A stretch of DNA of 64,000 nucleotides, from the NCBI GenBank assembly GCA_964588985.1, contig CAZPQW010000014.1, positions 31,938 to 95,937 on the forward strand, given 5' to 3'. A program made the translations under genes and the position numbers. The DNA comes from an uncultured Solirubrobacteraceae bacterium. GTDB lineage: Bacteria; Actinomycetota; Thermoleophilia; Solirubrobacterales; Solirubrobacteraceae. Position 1 is the stretch's first letter. Each line of letters starts with the position of its first letter. This document shows, in pieces, positions 1 to 9,603 of this stretch. The notes under the pieces are model-generated. The model did not search any database. It saw nothing but the letters and a program-made list of their open reading frames with translations, and was not told where the DNA came from.

Positions 1-723
1 CTCGTTGACCGCATACACCGAGCCGGTGAAGCCCTTCGCGAGCAGGTTGTGCAGGAGCGCCCAGCCGACGGTATCGCGGTGGCGCGAGGCCCCGATCACG
101 GCCACCGAGCGCGGGCGCAGAAAGCTCTGCAGGGCGGCGACGGCGGCGGTCTGCTCGCGCTGCTCGAAGCGCTCGAGGGCCTGCGGCGAGAGCGAGGTCG
201 GCAGTTCGATCTCGATGATTTCGCTTGTCGCGCGCTGTGTGACGGGGAAGCCGCTGTCTGTGAACACGTCGATCATCCGGTGGTTGTGTGGCAGCACCTC
301 GGCGGTGAACAGCGCGATCGCGCTCTCCTCGGCGACGGCGGCGAGGTGGGCGAGCATGATCGTGGCGATCCCGTGGCCCTGCCACGCGTCCGCGACCATG
401 AACGCCACTTCGGCGCGGTCCTCCGCGGTGCGGATGTAGGCGGCGTGCGCGACGACCCTCTGCTCTTGGCCGGTGGTCGCGACCAGCGCGAAGCGCTCGC
501 TGCCGTTGACATCGACCGACCAGTCGGTGACCCACTCAAGGTTCACCGCGCCGAAGAAGCGAAAGCCGATCGATTCCGGTGAGAGCTCGTCGAGGAACGT
601 GTGCATCTTCGGCCGGTCGGCTGGTGTCACCGGCCTGATGTGCAGCGTCGAACCGTCGCGCAGCGCGACGTGCACGTCGCTGGCGATCGGGTGATGCATG
701 GCGGGGGAGGCGGAGGCGCTCAT
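1..723 (-). CDS. GNAT acetyltransferase fused to an acyl-CoA synthetase (NDP-forming)/CoA-binding domain (Pat/YfiQ-like); runs off the left window edge
   Basis: Translated by hand; not in the ORF track. Reads MSASASPAMHHPIASDVHVALRDGSTLHIRPV...AEVAFMVADAWQGHGIATIML...FLRPRSVAVIGASRHRDTVG. The ATG overlaps the stop of the upstream gene (ATGA at 720-723). Confidence 0.88.
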   Translation of the reverse strand, partial: MSASASPAMHHPIASDVHVALRDGSTLHIRPVTPADRPKMHTFLDELSPESIGFRFFGAVNLEWVTDWSVDVNGSERFALVATTGQEQRVVAHAAYIRTAEDRAEVAFMVADAWQGHGIATIMLAHLAAVAEESAIALFTAEVLPHNHRMIDVFTDSGFPVTQRATSEIIEIELPTSLSPQALERFEQREQTAAVAALQSFLRPRSVAVIGASRHRDTVGWALLHNLLAKGFTGSVYAVNE

Positions 724-2261
724 CGTCGCTCCACGGCTCGAGTGACCTGCGCGATCTGTGCGTGCAGATCATGCTCGGTGTTCACCTTCAGAACCATCTC
801 CCACGCCAGCTCGTCGAGCGGCTCGAAGGTGTGAAACTGCTCCGCGGCGATCTCGGGAGTGGCGTCCGACACGCGCCCCTTGTTGCGCAAGCGTCGTGTG
901 GCGCGCTCGAGTGAAATCTCGATCGACGCTTCGCAGCGAACCACCAACAGCTTCACCCCGTCGTTGCCCAGGTGGTGGAACAGCAGCGCGCGGTCGGCCC
1001 GCGAGCGGCACGTCGCGTCGACGATCACGCCGCCCTCCTGGCGAACGACCGAGTCCGCCTCCCGGCCGAGCAGCTCATACGTCGCGCGCGTCGAGCGCTC
1101 GCTGTAGAGGTCAGGCTCACCGCGGTCGGTGCGGCTCAGCCCAGCCGCCGCCTTTCGCAGCGCATCGGAGCTGACCACTCTCATCCCGGAGCGCCGGGAG
1201 AGCTCCGCCGCGAGCGTGGACTTGCCGCTCGCCGAGGGGCCGCACACGACCACGGCGAGCGGTCCCCTCGCGCGCCAGCACAGCCGTTCGCCCAGATCCC
1301 AAAACGCCTGCGCGTCGGCCGTCCGGCTCTGGCGCTCCTCGTCCTCGCGCTCCTCCGCGGCGATCGCCGTGACCTTCGCGCGGACGAACGCGCAGTGGGC
1401 AGCGTAGAAGGACCGCAGCTCGGCGCCGCCGATGTCGAGACCCACGCCGCTGTAGCTCTCCATCAGCTCGCGTGCGGCCCACCCCTGTCCCTGCGCCTCC
1501 AGGTCCATAGCCAGGAAGGCCAGATCACGGGCGATGTCGACGCGCAGCAGGTCCGGGTCGAACTCGATGCGGTCGACGACGCGGACGGTGGGGAAACACA
1601 GCACATGCTCGCAGCGCAGATCGCCGTGCCCCACACGCACGAGCCCCGAAAGCGCGCGCCGCTGGAGTTCGTGTTCGTGTGAGGCGGCGAACGCCTCGCC
1701 GAACCCGGCCGCCGCGTCGAGGTCCCAGTCCTCTGGATGCTCGATCGCGCGCAACTCGGCGATGTTCTGCCGCCAGGCCGCGAGCACCCGCTCGGCGCCC
1801 AAGTCCTCGACGATCGGCGCGGCACGGTGGAAGTCGGCGAGACGCCGCGCCACCGCGGCGACGATCGCATGGGTCAAGACGCCGGCTTGGATGAGGCCCG
1901 CGAGCGTGTCCGCCTCGTCGAAGCGGACCATCTCGACCGCGTACTCGATCGCGTCGGGCGCTCCATCCTCGGAGAGGCGGAAGCCCGCGTCGGTGCTGAG
2001 GATCGCGAGCACGCCGAGGTAGATGTCGGGCGCCAGGTCGCGGTTGACGTCCACCTCTTCACGGCACGCGGCGTGCCTGCGCGCCAGCGTGCTGTAGTCG
2101 AGGAACCCGAGCTCGAGCGGCTTCTTGACCTTGTACGCGCGGTCGCCGGCGAGGAACACCCACGAGGCGTGTGTCTCGTGAACGACGACCGGCGGATTCT
2201 CCGGGTACATCGAGGGAGAGGCGAGCGCATCGAGCATGCTCGCGGCGACGCCCGCGGTCAC
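720..2261 (-). CDS. Bifunctional aminoglycoside-phosphotransferase-like / AAA P-loop kinase (Rv2004c-like)
   Basis: Motifs ETHASWVFLAGDRAYKVKKP, HGDLRCEH, DRIEFD and P-loop GPSASGKST. GTG start overlaps the ADH stop. Confidence 0.88.
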   Translation of the reverse strand: MTAGVAASMLDALASPSMYPENPPVVVHETHASWVFLAGDRAYKVKKPLELGFLDYSTLARRHAACREEVDVNRDLAPDIYLGVLAILSTDAGFRLSEDGAPDAIEYAVEMVRFDEADTLAGLIQAGVLTHAIVAAVARRLADFHRAAPIVEDLGAERVLAAWRQNIAELRAIEHPEDWDLDAAAGFGEAFAASHEHELQRRALSGLVRVGHGDLRCEHVLCFPTVRVVDRIEFDPDLLRVDIARDLAFLAMDLEAQGQGWAARELMESYSGVGLDIGGAELRSFYAAHCAFVRAKVTAIAAEEREDEERQSRTADAQAFWDLGERLCWRARGPLAVVVCGPSASGKSTLAAELSRRSGMRVVSSDALRKAAAGLSRTDRGEPDLYSERSTRATYELLGREADSVVRQEGGVIVDATCRSRADRALLFHHLGNDGVKLLVVRCEASIEISLERATRRLRNKGRVSDATPEIAAEQFHTFEPLDELAWEMVLKVNTEHDLHAQIAQVTRAVERR

Positions 2262-3289
2262 ACCGACACCTCCAGCACCGCGGCGCCCTGCAGGCGGCCG
2301 GCTCTGAGGTCCGCGAGTGCCTGTCCGGCGTCCTCGAGCGCATATGGCGTCACCTGCGTCTGGACGGGTACGCGGGGAGCCAGCTCCAACAGGGCTCGTG
2401 CGTCCTCGCGTGTGAGGTTCGCGACCGACCGCACGGTGCGCTCGCCCCAGAGGATGTCGTAGGGGAAGCTCGGGATGTCGGACATGTGAATGCCGGCGCA
2501 AACGACCGTGCCGCCCTTGGCGACCGCGCGCAACGCGGCCGGGACGAGCTCTCCGGCGGAGGCGAAGATGATCGCCGCGTCGAGCTCCTCCGGCGGACGC
2601 TCCAGCGAGCCGCCCGCCCACTCGGCTCCGATGCCGCGCGCGAACGCCTGGGTCTCCTCGTCGCCGGAGCGCGTGAACGCGAACACGCGACGACCTTCGA
2701 AGACGGCGACCTGCGCGACGATGTGGGCGGAGGCTCCGAACCCGTACAGCCCGAGCCGCTCGCCGTCTCCGGTCATGCGCAGTGCGCGGTAGCCGATCAG
2801 CCCGGCGCACAGGAGCGGGGCGACTTGTAGGTTTGATGGAGGCCGGCATGGAGCGCCGGCCGACCCCTCCTGATCATTCTCTGGGAGCGGGAAGCAGTAG
2901 CGCTCGTCCGCGACCGTCAGCTCGGCGAAGCCGCCGTCGATGTCGCGTCCGGTGAACCGCGCTTGGTCGCAGAGGTTCTCACGGCCGCTGAGGCAGTAGC
3001 GACACCGCCCGCACGTCCAGCCGAGCCACGGGATGCCAACGCGCGCGCCCACCGCGAGCGCCTCGCTCTCCGCCGTCGCCTCTCCGCGGGCAATGACGGT
3101 CCCGACGATCTGGTGGCCGGGGACGATCGGCGGCCGCGGAATGTCGACTTCTCCGTCGAGCAGGTGAAGGTCGGTGCGGCACACGCCGCACGCATGGACC
3201 CGTACGAGCACCTGGCCGCGCCCCGGTGAGGGCTCGGCGATCTCTGCCGCGCGCAATACGCCAGCGCGCTCGATTCGCATCGCTCGCAC
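2258..3289 (-). CDS. Zinc-dependent alcohol dehydrogenase family protein
   Basis: Motifs CGVCRTDLH, PGHQIVG, CGRCRYC...NLC and GLYGFGASA. Confidence 0.92.
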   Translation of the reverse strand: MRAMRIERAGVLRAAEIAEPSPGRGQVLVRVHACGVCRTDLHLLDGEVDIPRPPIVPGHQIVGTVIARGEATAESEALAVGARVGIPWLGWTCGRCRYCLSGRENLCDQARFTGRDIDGGFAELTVADERYCFPLPENDQEGSAGAPCRPPSNLQVAPLLCAGLIGYRALRMTGDGERLGLYGFGASAHIVAQVAVFEGRRVFAFTRSGDEETQAFARGIGAEWAGGSLERPPEELDAAIIFASAGELVPAALRAVAKGGTVVCAGIHMSDIPSFPYDILWGERTVRSVANLTREDARALLELAPRVPVQTQVTPYALEDAGQALADLRAGRLQGAAVLEVSV

Positions 3290-3322
3290 CGTCAGAGCAT
3301 GCCAGTCCCAGGCCGGCGAGAT

Positions 3323-3360
3323 TCCGTAGAACTCCGCAACGCCGGGGTGAGTTTCCCCGA
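3323..3360. promoter_or_regulatory. Putative NarL/DosR-type response-regulator boxes in the adh/ppsA divergent promoter
   Basis: TCCGTAGAACTCCGCA (3323-3338) followed by CGGGG-N7-CCCCG (3343-3359). The first box matches 11962-11977 at 13/16 positions. Confidence 0.55.
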
Positions 3361-3424
3361 TGGCGAGACGACCGGGGTGCGCGAAGGTAGGTGAGCACGG
3401 TTACCCAACGGGGAGCGACACCAC

Positions 3425-5752
3425 ATGACAACCGCACTCCACGGCCTCGCGATCACGCGAGCCTTCTCCGATCTGGGACGGGACGACGTCGACTACGCCG
3501 GCGGCAAGGGCGCCAACCTCGGCGAGCTGACGGCGGCGGGCCTGCCGGTGCCGCCCGGCTTCGTGATCGGAGCCCCGGGCTATGCGGTGTTCTGCGAGGA
3601 GACCGGCCTGCGCGCCGAGCTCGCGGAGATGCTCGCGAGCGTCGACACCGAGGACTCCAAGGCGCTCGAGGCCGCGTCGGCGTTGGCGCGCCAGGCGGTG
3701 CTCGACACTCCGATCCCAGCGGATCTCCAGCACGCGATCGTCTCCTCCTACGAAGAGCTGGTCGGAGCCGACTCGGACGCGCCCGTCGCCGTTCGCTCCT
3801 CGGCCACGGCGGAGGACACCGCGTCGGCGTCGTTCGCCGGCATGAACGAGACCTTCCTCAACACCCGCGGCGCCGATGCGGTGGTCGACGCGGTGAGGCG
3901 CTGCTGGGCCTCGCTGTTCGGCGCGCGCACGATCTACTACCGCGCCCAGCGCGGCTTCAGCCAGGCGGACATGGACATCGCTGTCGTGGTGCAGAGGCAG
4001 ATCCCCTCCACCCGCGCGGGCGTGATGTTCACGATCGACCCCTCCAGCGGCGACACGCACAGCCTCGTCATCGAGGGCTCCTTCGGCCTCGGCGAGGCGG
4101 TCGTCTCCGGCAGCGTCTCGCCCGATCGCTACGTGGTGAGGAAGGACAACCTCGCGATCACCACCCGCTCGGTGCGAGCGAAGGAGCTGACGATCGAGCC
4201 GGCGGCGGGCGGAGGAACGGTCACGCGCGAGCTGACCGCGGAGGAGGGCGCGCGCCCGGTGCTGACCGACGGCGAGGTGATCCAGCTGGCGAGGCTCGGT
4301 CTCGAGATCGAATCCCACTACGGCTCCCCGCAGGACACCGAGTGGTCGTTCGATCCCGACGGGACGGTGTGGATGCTGCAGAGCAGGCCGATAACCACGA
4401 CCGCAGCGGCTCCCGGAGCGACAGCCGAGCTTGCCGACACGCCACCGGCCGGCGAGCTGCTCGTGCGGGGGCTCGGCGCCGCCCCTGGTCGGGCGAGCGG
4501 ACGGGTGCGACTGCTGAGCGATCCGCATGACACCTCCGCACTGCGCGACGGCGAGGTGCTGGTCGCGCACATGACGACCCCCGATTGGGTACCCCTGATG
4601 CGCAAGGCGGCGGCGATCGTCACCGACTCCGGCGGGATGACCTGCCACGCGGCGATCGTCTCGCGTGAGCTCGGGATCCCGTGCGTGGCGGGAACCGGCA
4701 ACGCCACACAGAAGTTGCGCGGCGGCGAGATGGTTACCGTGGACGCGACGCATGGAGCGGTGATCGAGGGGGGCGACACGACCCCGGCGCCGGCCGCGCC
4801 GACAGCCGTCGTGGTGGCGGATGCCTCCGCGCCGGTCACCGCGACGCGGCTGCTGGTGAACCTGTCGGAGCCGTCGCAGGTCGAGCGGACAGCCGCCCTG
4901 GACGTCGACGGGGTCGGCCTGCTGCGAGCCGAGATGATGGTGCTGGAGGCGCTCGAGGGCACACACCCGAAGCAGCTGATCGAGGAGGGCAACACGGCGG
5001 AGTTCGTGGCGCGGATGGCCGATGCCCTCACGACGTTCACCGCCGGCTTCGCGCCCCGGCCGATCACCTATCGCACGATCGACTTCCGCACCAACGAGTT
5101 CCGCGGGCTGCGCGGCGGCGAGCGCTTCGAGCCGCAGGAGGCCAACCCGATGATCGGCTATCGCGGCGCGCTGCGCTATACGCAGGAGCCCGAGGTGTTC
5201 GCCCTGGAGATGGAGGCGGTGCGGCGCGTGTGGGACGCGGGCCACTCGAACCTCCACGTGATGCTGCCGTTCGTGCGCACGGCGGACGAGCTGGCACGCT
5301 GCCGCGCGCTGATCGCCGAGACGGGGCTGCTCGACCGCCGTGGCTTCGAGCTGTGGGTGATGGCCGAGGTGCCCTCGGTGCTGTTCAACCTGGAGCGCTA
5401 CGCGAAGCTCGGCATCACCGGCATTTCGATCGGCTCGAACGACCTCACCCAGCTGATGCTCGGCGCCGACCGCGACTCGGAGCTGCTGGCGGCGACGTTC
5501 GACGAGCGCGACCCGGCCATCGTGGACTACCTCGGCCAGCTGATCCCGCGAGCCCGCGAGCTGGGCCTGCACACCTCGATCTGCGGGCAGGCGCCCTCCG
5601 TGCACCCCGAGTATGCGGAGATGCTCGTGCGGCTGGGCATAGAGAACATCTCGGTGAGCGTCGACGCGGTCGATCGCACCCGCAGGACGATCGCGGCCGC
5701 CGAGCAGCGGGTGGTGCTCGAGGCGGCGCGCAGGAGCGCCGACGCTCACTGA
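3425..5752 (+). CDS. ppsA: Phosphoenolpyruvate synthase (pyruvate, water dikinase)
   Basis: Motifs GGKGANLGEL, VAVRSSATAED, phospho-His motif TCHAAIVSRE, GVGLLRAE and SIGSNDLTQ. Confidence 0.95.
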   Translation: MTTALHGLAITRAFSDLGRDDVDYAGGKGANLGELTAAGLPVPPGFVIGAPGYAVFCEETGLRAELAEMLASVDTEDSKALEAASALARQAVLDTPIPADLQHAIVSSYEELVGADSDAPVAVRSSATAEDTASASFAGMNETFLNTRGADAVVDAVRRCWASLFGARTIYYRAQRGFSQADMDIAVVVQRQIPSTRAGVMFTIDPSSGDTHSLVIEGSFGLGEAVVSGSVSPDRYVVRKDNLAITTRSVRAKELTIEPAAGGGTVTRELTAEEGARPVLTDGEVIQLARLGLEIESHYGSPQDTEWSFDPDGTVWMLQSRPITTTAAAPGATAELADTPPAGELLVRGLGAAPGRASGRVRLLSDPHDTSALRDGEVLVAHMTTPDWVPLMRKAAAIVTDSGGMTCHAAIVSRELGIPCVAGTGNATQKLRGGEMVTVDATHGAVIEGGDTTPAPAAPTAVVVADASAPVTATRLLVNLSEPSQVERTAALDVDGVGLLRAEMMVLEALEGTHPKQLIEEGNTAEFVARMADALTTFTAGFAPRPITYRTIDFRTNEFRGLRGGERFEPQEANPMIGYRGALRYTQEPEVFALEMEAVRRVWDAGHSNLHVMLPFVRTADELARCRALIAETGLLDRRGFELWVMAEVPSVLFNLERYAKLGITGISIGSNDLTQLMLGADRDSELLAATFDERDPAIVDYLGQLIPRARELGLHTSICGQAPSVHPEYAEMLVRLGIENISVSVDAVDRTRRTIAAAEQRVVLEAARRSADAH

Positions 5753-5762
5753 CGACAAGCGG

Positions 5763-8516
5763 GTGAGCATGGCCACGCAGACGGTGATCGCCGAGCCGGA
5801 GGAGGTGGACGCGACCGAGGGCGTCGAGCTGCTGATGCGCGACCTGCGCAGCTCCGCGGCCGGTCTGTCCACGCGCGAGGCCGAACGGCGGCTCGTGCAG
5901 TACGGCAGCAACGAGCTGCGCAGGCGCGGCGGAGCGCGCTGGCCGGCGGAGCTGGGGAGACAGCTGACCCACCCGCTCGCCCTGCTGCTGTGGCTCGCGG
6001 CTGGCCTGTCCTTCGCGGTAGGCAACCTGACGGTCGCGATCGCGGTGCTGCTGGTGATCGTGTTGAACGCGGCGTTCGCGTTCGTGCAGGAGCTGCAGGC
6101 CGAACGAGCGGTCGAGGCGCTCGCGGCATACATGCCCCAGCACGTCAGGGTCATGCGCGACCAGGCCTCGAAGAGCATCGACGCCGTCACGCTCGTGCCA
6201 GGCGACATTGTGCTGCTCGAGGAGGGCGACCGAATCGCCGCGGACATGCGGCTGCTCTCCGGCTCTGTCCAGGTGGACCTCTCGACGCTCAATGGAGAGT
6301 CCGTGTCGGTGCTGCGCGCCGCCGACCAGATCGACCGCGACGTCCCGCGCCTGGAGGCCAGAGATCTCGTCTTCAGCGGCACCACGTGCACCGGCGGCGA
6401 GGCGCAGGCGATGGTTTTCGCGACCGGCATGCACACCGAGCTCGGGCGCATCGCGTCGCTCACCGAGCGTGTCAAGGAGCAGCCGAGCCCCCTGGAGCGC
6501 CAGGTTCGCCGTGTGGCGTGGCTGATCGCGGCTGTGGCGATCGCGATGGCCGCGGCGTTCGTCCCGGTGGCGATCTTCGGCGCGGGGCTGTCGGTGCGCG
6601 ACAGCGTGGTGTTCGCCGTGGGCCTGCTCGCCGGCAACGTGCCCGAGGGTTTGCTGCCCGTCATCACGCTCGCGCTGGCTGTGGCCGTTAGCGGGCTTGC
6701 GCGTCGTGGCGCGCTCGTGAAGCGGCTGAGCTCCGTGGAGACGCTCGGGTGCACGGACGTGATCTGCACCGACAAGACGGGCACGTTGACCGAAAACAGG
6801 ATGAAGCCGATCGCGGTGTGGACGTTCGCCGCGGAGGCCGATCTGCAGGCGGATTCGGGGTCCCTGGAGGAGCTGATCGCACACGACGCGAACCTCCGCG
6901 CGCTCGCGGAGACGGCGAGCGCGTGCAACAACGCCCACCTGCTCGGGAGCGAGGAGAGCACCGGAGATCCCACCGAGGTCGCGCTCCTGACCACCGCCCG
7001 GGCGTTCGGGGTGGACGTGGACGCGGAGCGTCGCGGGCAGCGACGCAGCCACCTGTACAACTTCGACCCCGAGCTGAAGCTGATGTCGACGATCGACACA
7101 GACGGCGCCGAGAGCTGGCTGCACACGAAGGGCGCGCCCGAGTCGGTGCTGCCACACTGCACGAGCACCGTCTCCGCCGCGGGCGAGGTCGTCCCGCTCG
7201 ACGCGGCACAGCGCGAGCGCGCGAGCAAGCAGGTCGAGAGCTACGCGCGCCAGGGCCTGCGCGTCCTCGCGCTGGCGAGGCGGGCGATCGACGCCACGCA
7301 ACCGCCTGAGCGCGAGCAGGCCGAGCGGGAGCTGTGCCTGCTCGGCCTGGTGACGATGTTCGATCCGCCGCGCCCGCAGGTCCACGAGGCGGTGGCGCGC
7401 TGCCACAGCGCCGGGATCCGCATCATCGTGATCACCGGCGACCATCCGCTGACGGCGGCGGCGATCGCGGCGCAGGTGGGGATCGGGGGAGAGGACCCGC
7501 AGGTGGTGGACGCGAGCCGCATCGACCACACCCGCGAGCGCGAGCTGCGCGAGCTGCTCGCCGGCGGCAGGGAGCTGATCTTCTCGCGCGCCTCGCCCGA
7601 GGCGAAGCTGCAGATCGCGGACGCCCTGCGCGCGGAAGGCCACGTGATCGCGATGACCGGCGACGGGGTCAACGACGCTCCGGCGCTGCGCGCCGCCGAC
7701 ATCGGCGTGGCGATGGGCCTGTCCGGCACCGACGTGGCTCGCGAGGCCTCGACGATGGTGCTCACCGACGACAACTTCGCGACGATCGTCGTCGCGATCG
7801 AGGCGGGACGGCGCGTCTACGAGAACGTGCGCAAGTTCATCGTCTACATCTTCGCCCACGCGACCCCCGAGGTCGTGCCGTTCCTCGTGTTCGCGCTCGC
7901 CGGCGGGGCGATCCCGCTGCCGCTGACCGTGCTGCAGATCCTCGCGTTCGACGTGGGCACCGAGACGCTGCCGTCGCTGGCGCTGGCTCGCGAGCCGGCC
8001 GAACCGGGGATCATGGAGCGCCCGCCGCGCCCCCGCGCGGAAGGGGTGATTCGCCCGCCGATGCTGATCCGCGCGTGGCTGTTCCTGGGGATGCTGATCG
8101 CCGCGCTCTCGATGGGTGGCTTCCTGTACGTGCTGATCGACGCGGGCTGGCACCCGGGCGACCCGGTCGGCGCGGGACACGCCCTGCACCACGCCTACCT
8201 GCAGGCGACCACGATGACGTTCCTCGGCATGATCGCCGGGCAGATCGGGACGGCCTTCGCGGTGCGCTCGCAGCGCGCCTCGCTGTGGGAGGTGGGCGTG
8301 TTCAGCAACCCATACGTGCTGTTCGCGATCGCCGCCGAGCTGCTGCTGGCGGCGGTGTTCGTGTACGCGCCGCCGCTTCAGTCACTGCTCGGGACGGCAT
8401 CGCTGCCGCTACACGACCTCGTGCTGCTGATTCCGTATCCGTTCGTGGTGTGGGGCGCGGACGAGTTGCGTCGACGGGTGCAGCGCCGCCGCCATCCCGT
8501 CATTGCCGAGGCGTGA
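5763..8516 (+). CDS. Cation-transporting P-type ATPase (P2 class, resembling P2C)
   Basis: Motifs NVPEGLL, DKTGTLT, KGAPE and MTGDGVNDAPAL; multiple transmembrane segments. Confidence 0.93.
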   Translation: MSMATQTVIAEPEEVDATEGVELLMRDLRSSAAGLSTREAERRLVQYGSNELRRRGGARWPAELGRQLTHPLALLLWLAAGLSFAVGNLTVAIAVLLVIVLNAAFAFVQELQAERAVEALAAYMPQHVRVMRDQASKSIDAVTLVPGDIVLLEEGDRIAADMRLLSGSVQVDLSTLNGESVSVLRAADQIDRDVPRLEARDLVFSGTTCTGGEAQAMVFATGMHTELGRIASLTERVKEQPSPLERQVRRVAWLIAAVAIAMAAAFVPVAIFGAGLSVRDSVVFAVGLLAGNVPEGLLPVITLALAVAVSGLARRGALVKRLSSVETLGCTDVICTDKTGTLTENRMKPIAVWTFAAEADLQADSGSLEELIAHDANLRALAETASACNNAHLLGSEESTGDPTEVALLTTARAFGVDVDAERRGQRRSHLYNFDPELKLMSTIDTDGAESWLHTKGAPESVLPHCTSTVSAAGEVVPLDAAQRERASKQVESYARQGLRVLALARRAIDATQPPEREQAERELCLLGLVTMFDPPRPQVHEAVARCHSAGIRIIVITGDHPLTAAAIAAQVGIGGEDPQVVDASRIDHTRERELRELLAGGRELIFSRASPEAKLQIADALRAEGHVIAMTGDGVNDAPALRAADIGVAMGLSGTDVAREASTMVLTDDNFATIVVAIEAGRRVYENVRKFIVYIFAHATPEVVPFLVFALAGGAIPLPLTVLQILAFDVGTETLPSLALAREPAEPGIMERPPRPRAEGVIRPPMLIRAWLFLGMLIAALSMGGFLYVLIDAGWHPGDPVGAGHALHHAYLQATTMTFLGMIAGQIGTAFAVRSQRASLWEVGVFSNPYVLFAIAAELLLAAVFVYAPPLQSLLGTASLPLHDLVLLIPYPFVVWGADELRRRVQRRRHPVIAEA

Positions 8517-9603
8517 GCACGGCCCTCGTCTGACGGGCGATCTCGACGTCCTCGCGCGCGGCGATCACGAGCGTTCGCACGCGAGCCGCATCAGCGCTCA
8601 CGTCCACGTCGCCGCTCGTATCGCGGTTGGCCGCATCGTTCAGAGCCACGCCCAGAAACCCGAGGCCCGCGGCGGCGCGTGAGCGCACCGCCGCCGAGTG
8701 CTCGCCGACGCCGCCGGTGAACACGAGCGCGTCGAGCCCTCCGAGCGCCGCGGCCATCGCGGCGATGCCACCGCGCAGCCTGTGGACGTAGACGTCCAAC
8801 CCGAGCCGCGCACGCTCGTCGCCCGCCTCGGCGCGCGCGACGATCTCGCGCATGTCGGGGCTCCCCGCCAACCCCAGCAACCCGGAGCGGTGCTCGAGCG
8901 CGTCCTCCATCTCGGCGATCGACAGGCCCTCCTGCCCGGCGAGCCACAGCAGCATGCCTGGGTCGACGCTGCCCGAGCGCGTGGCCATGACGAGGCCCTC
9001 GAGCGGCGTGAAGCCCATCGTGGTGTCGAGCGAGCGGCCGTCCGTGATCGCGCACAGCGACGCGCCCGAGCCGAGGTGGCAGCTCACGATCCGCAGGCCG
9101 GCGGGCTCGCGGGCGAGCATCTCCGGCGCGCGTCGGGCGACCCACCCGTGTGAGAGGCCGTGGAAGCCATAGCGCCTGAGTCCCCAGCGCTCGCGCCACT
9201 CGGCCGGAAGCGCGTACGTGGAGGCGGCTGCGGGCAGCGTGGCGTGGAAGGCGGTGTCAAAGCACGCGACCGCCGGCAGGCCGGGGAGCGCCGCGCTGAC
9301 GGAGTCGAGCGCGGCGAGCGACTTCGGTTGGTGCAGCGGCGCGAGCTCGACCAGCTCACCGAGGGCTTCCCTAACACCCGCGTCGATCAGGACCGCGTGG
9401 CGGTAGCGCTCCCCTCCGTGCACGATTCGGTGCCCGATCGCGTCCGCTTCGCCCAGCTGTGAGCTCAGCGCTCCCTCGAGCTCCTCGGGGTCCACCTGCG
9501 CGCGCGGCGCGTCGAGCTCCCGTGATGTGATCGCGCGGTTCTCGCGGTCCAGCAGCGTGAGCTTGAGGCTGCTCGAGCCGGCGTTTACGACGAGGACTCT
9601 CAC
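8500..9603 (-). CDS. ackA: Acetate/propionate kinase
   Basis: Motifs [43 protein letters not shown] and FTGGVGE. GTG start overlaps the xfp stop. Confidence 0.95.
   Translation of the reverse strand: MRVLVVNAGSSSLKLTLLDRENRAITSRELDAPRAQVDPEELEGALSSQLGEADAIGHRIVHGGERYRHAVLIDAGVREALGELVELAPLHQPKSLAALDSVSAALPGLPAVACFDTAFHATLPAAASTYALPAEWRERWGLRRYGFHGLSHGWVARRAPEMLAREPAGLRIVSCHLGSGASLCAITDGRSLDTTMGFTPLEGLVMATRSGSVDPGMLLWLAGQEGLSIAEMEDALEHRSGLLGLAGSPDMREIVARAEAGDERARLGLDVYVHRLRGGIAAMAAALGGLDALVFTGGVGEHSAAVRSRAAAGLGFLGVALNDAANRDTSGDVDVSADAARVRTLVIAAREDVEIARQTRAVLTPRQ

Noticed and set aside
3401-8192. Very long antisense ORFs (1275 aa, 915 aa) and similar ones elsewhere, such as 32138-34864 and 59085-60797
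   Set aside because: These are shadow ORFs of real genes in high-GC DNA. They are Arg/Ala-rich and have no domain motifs.
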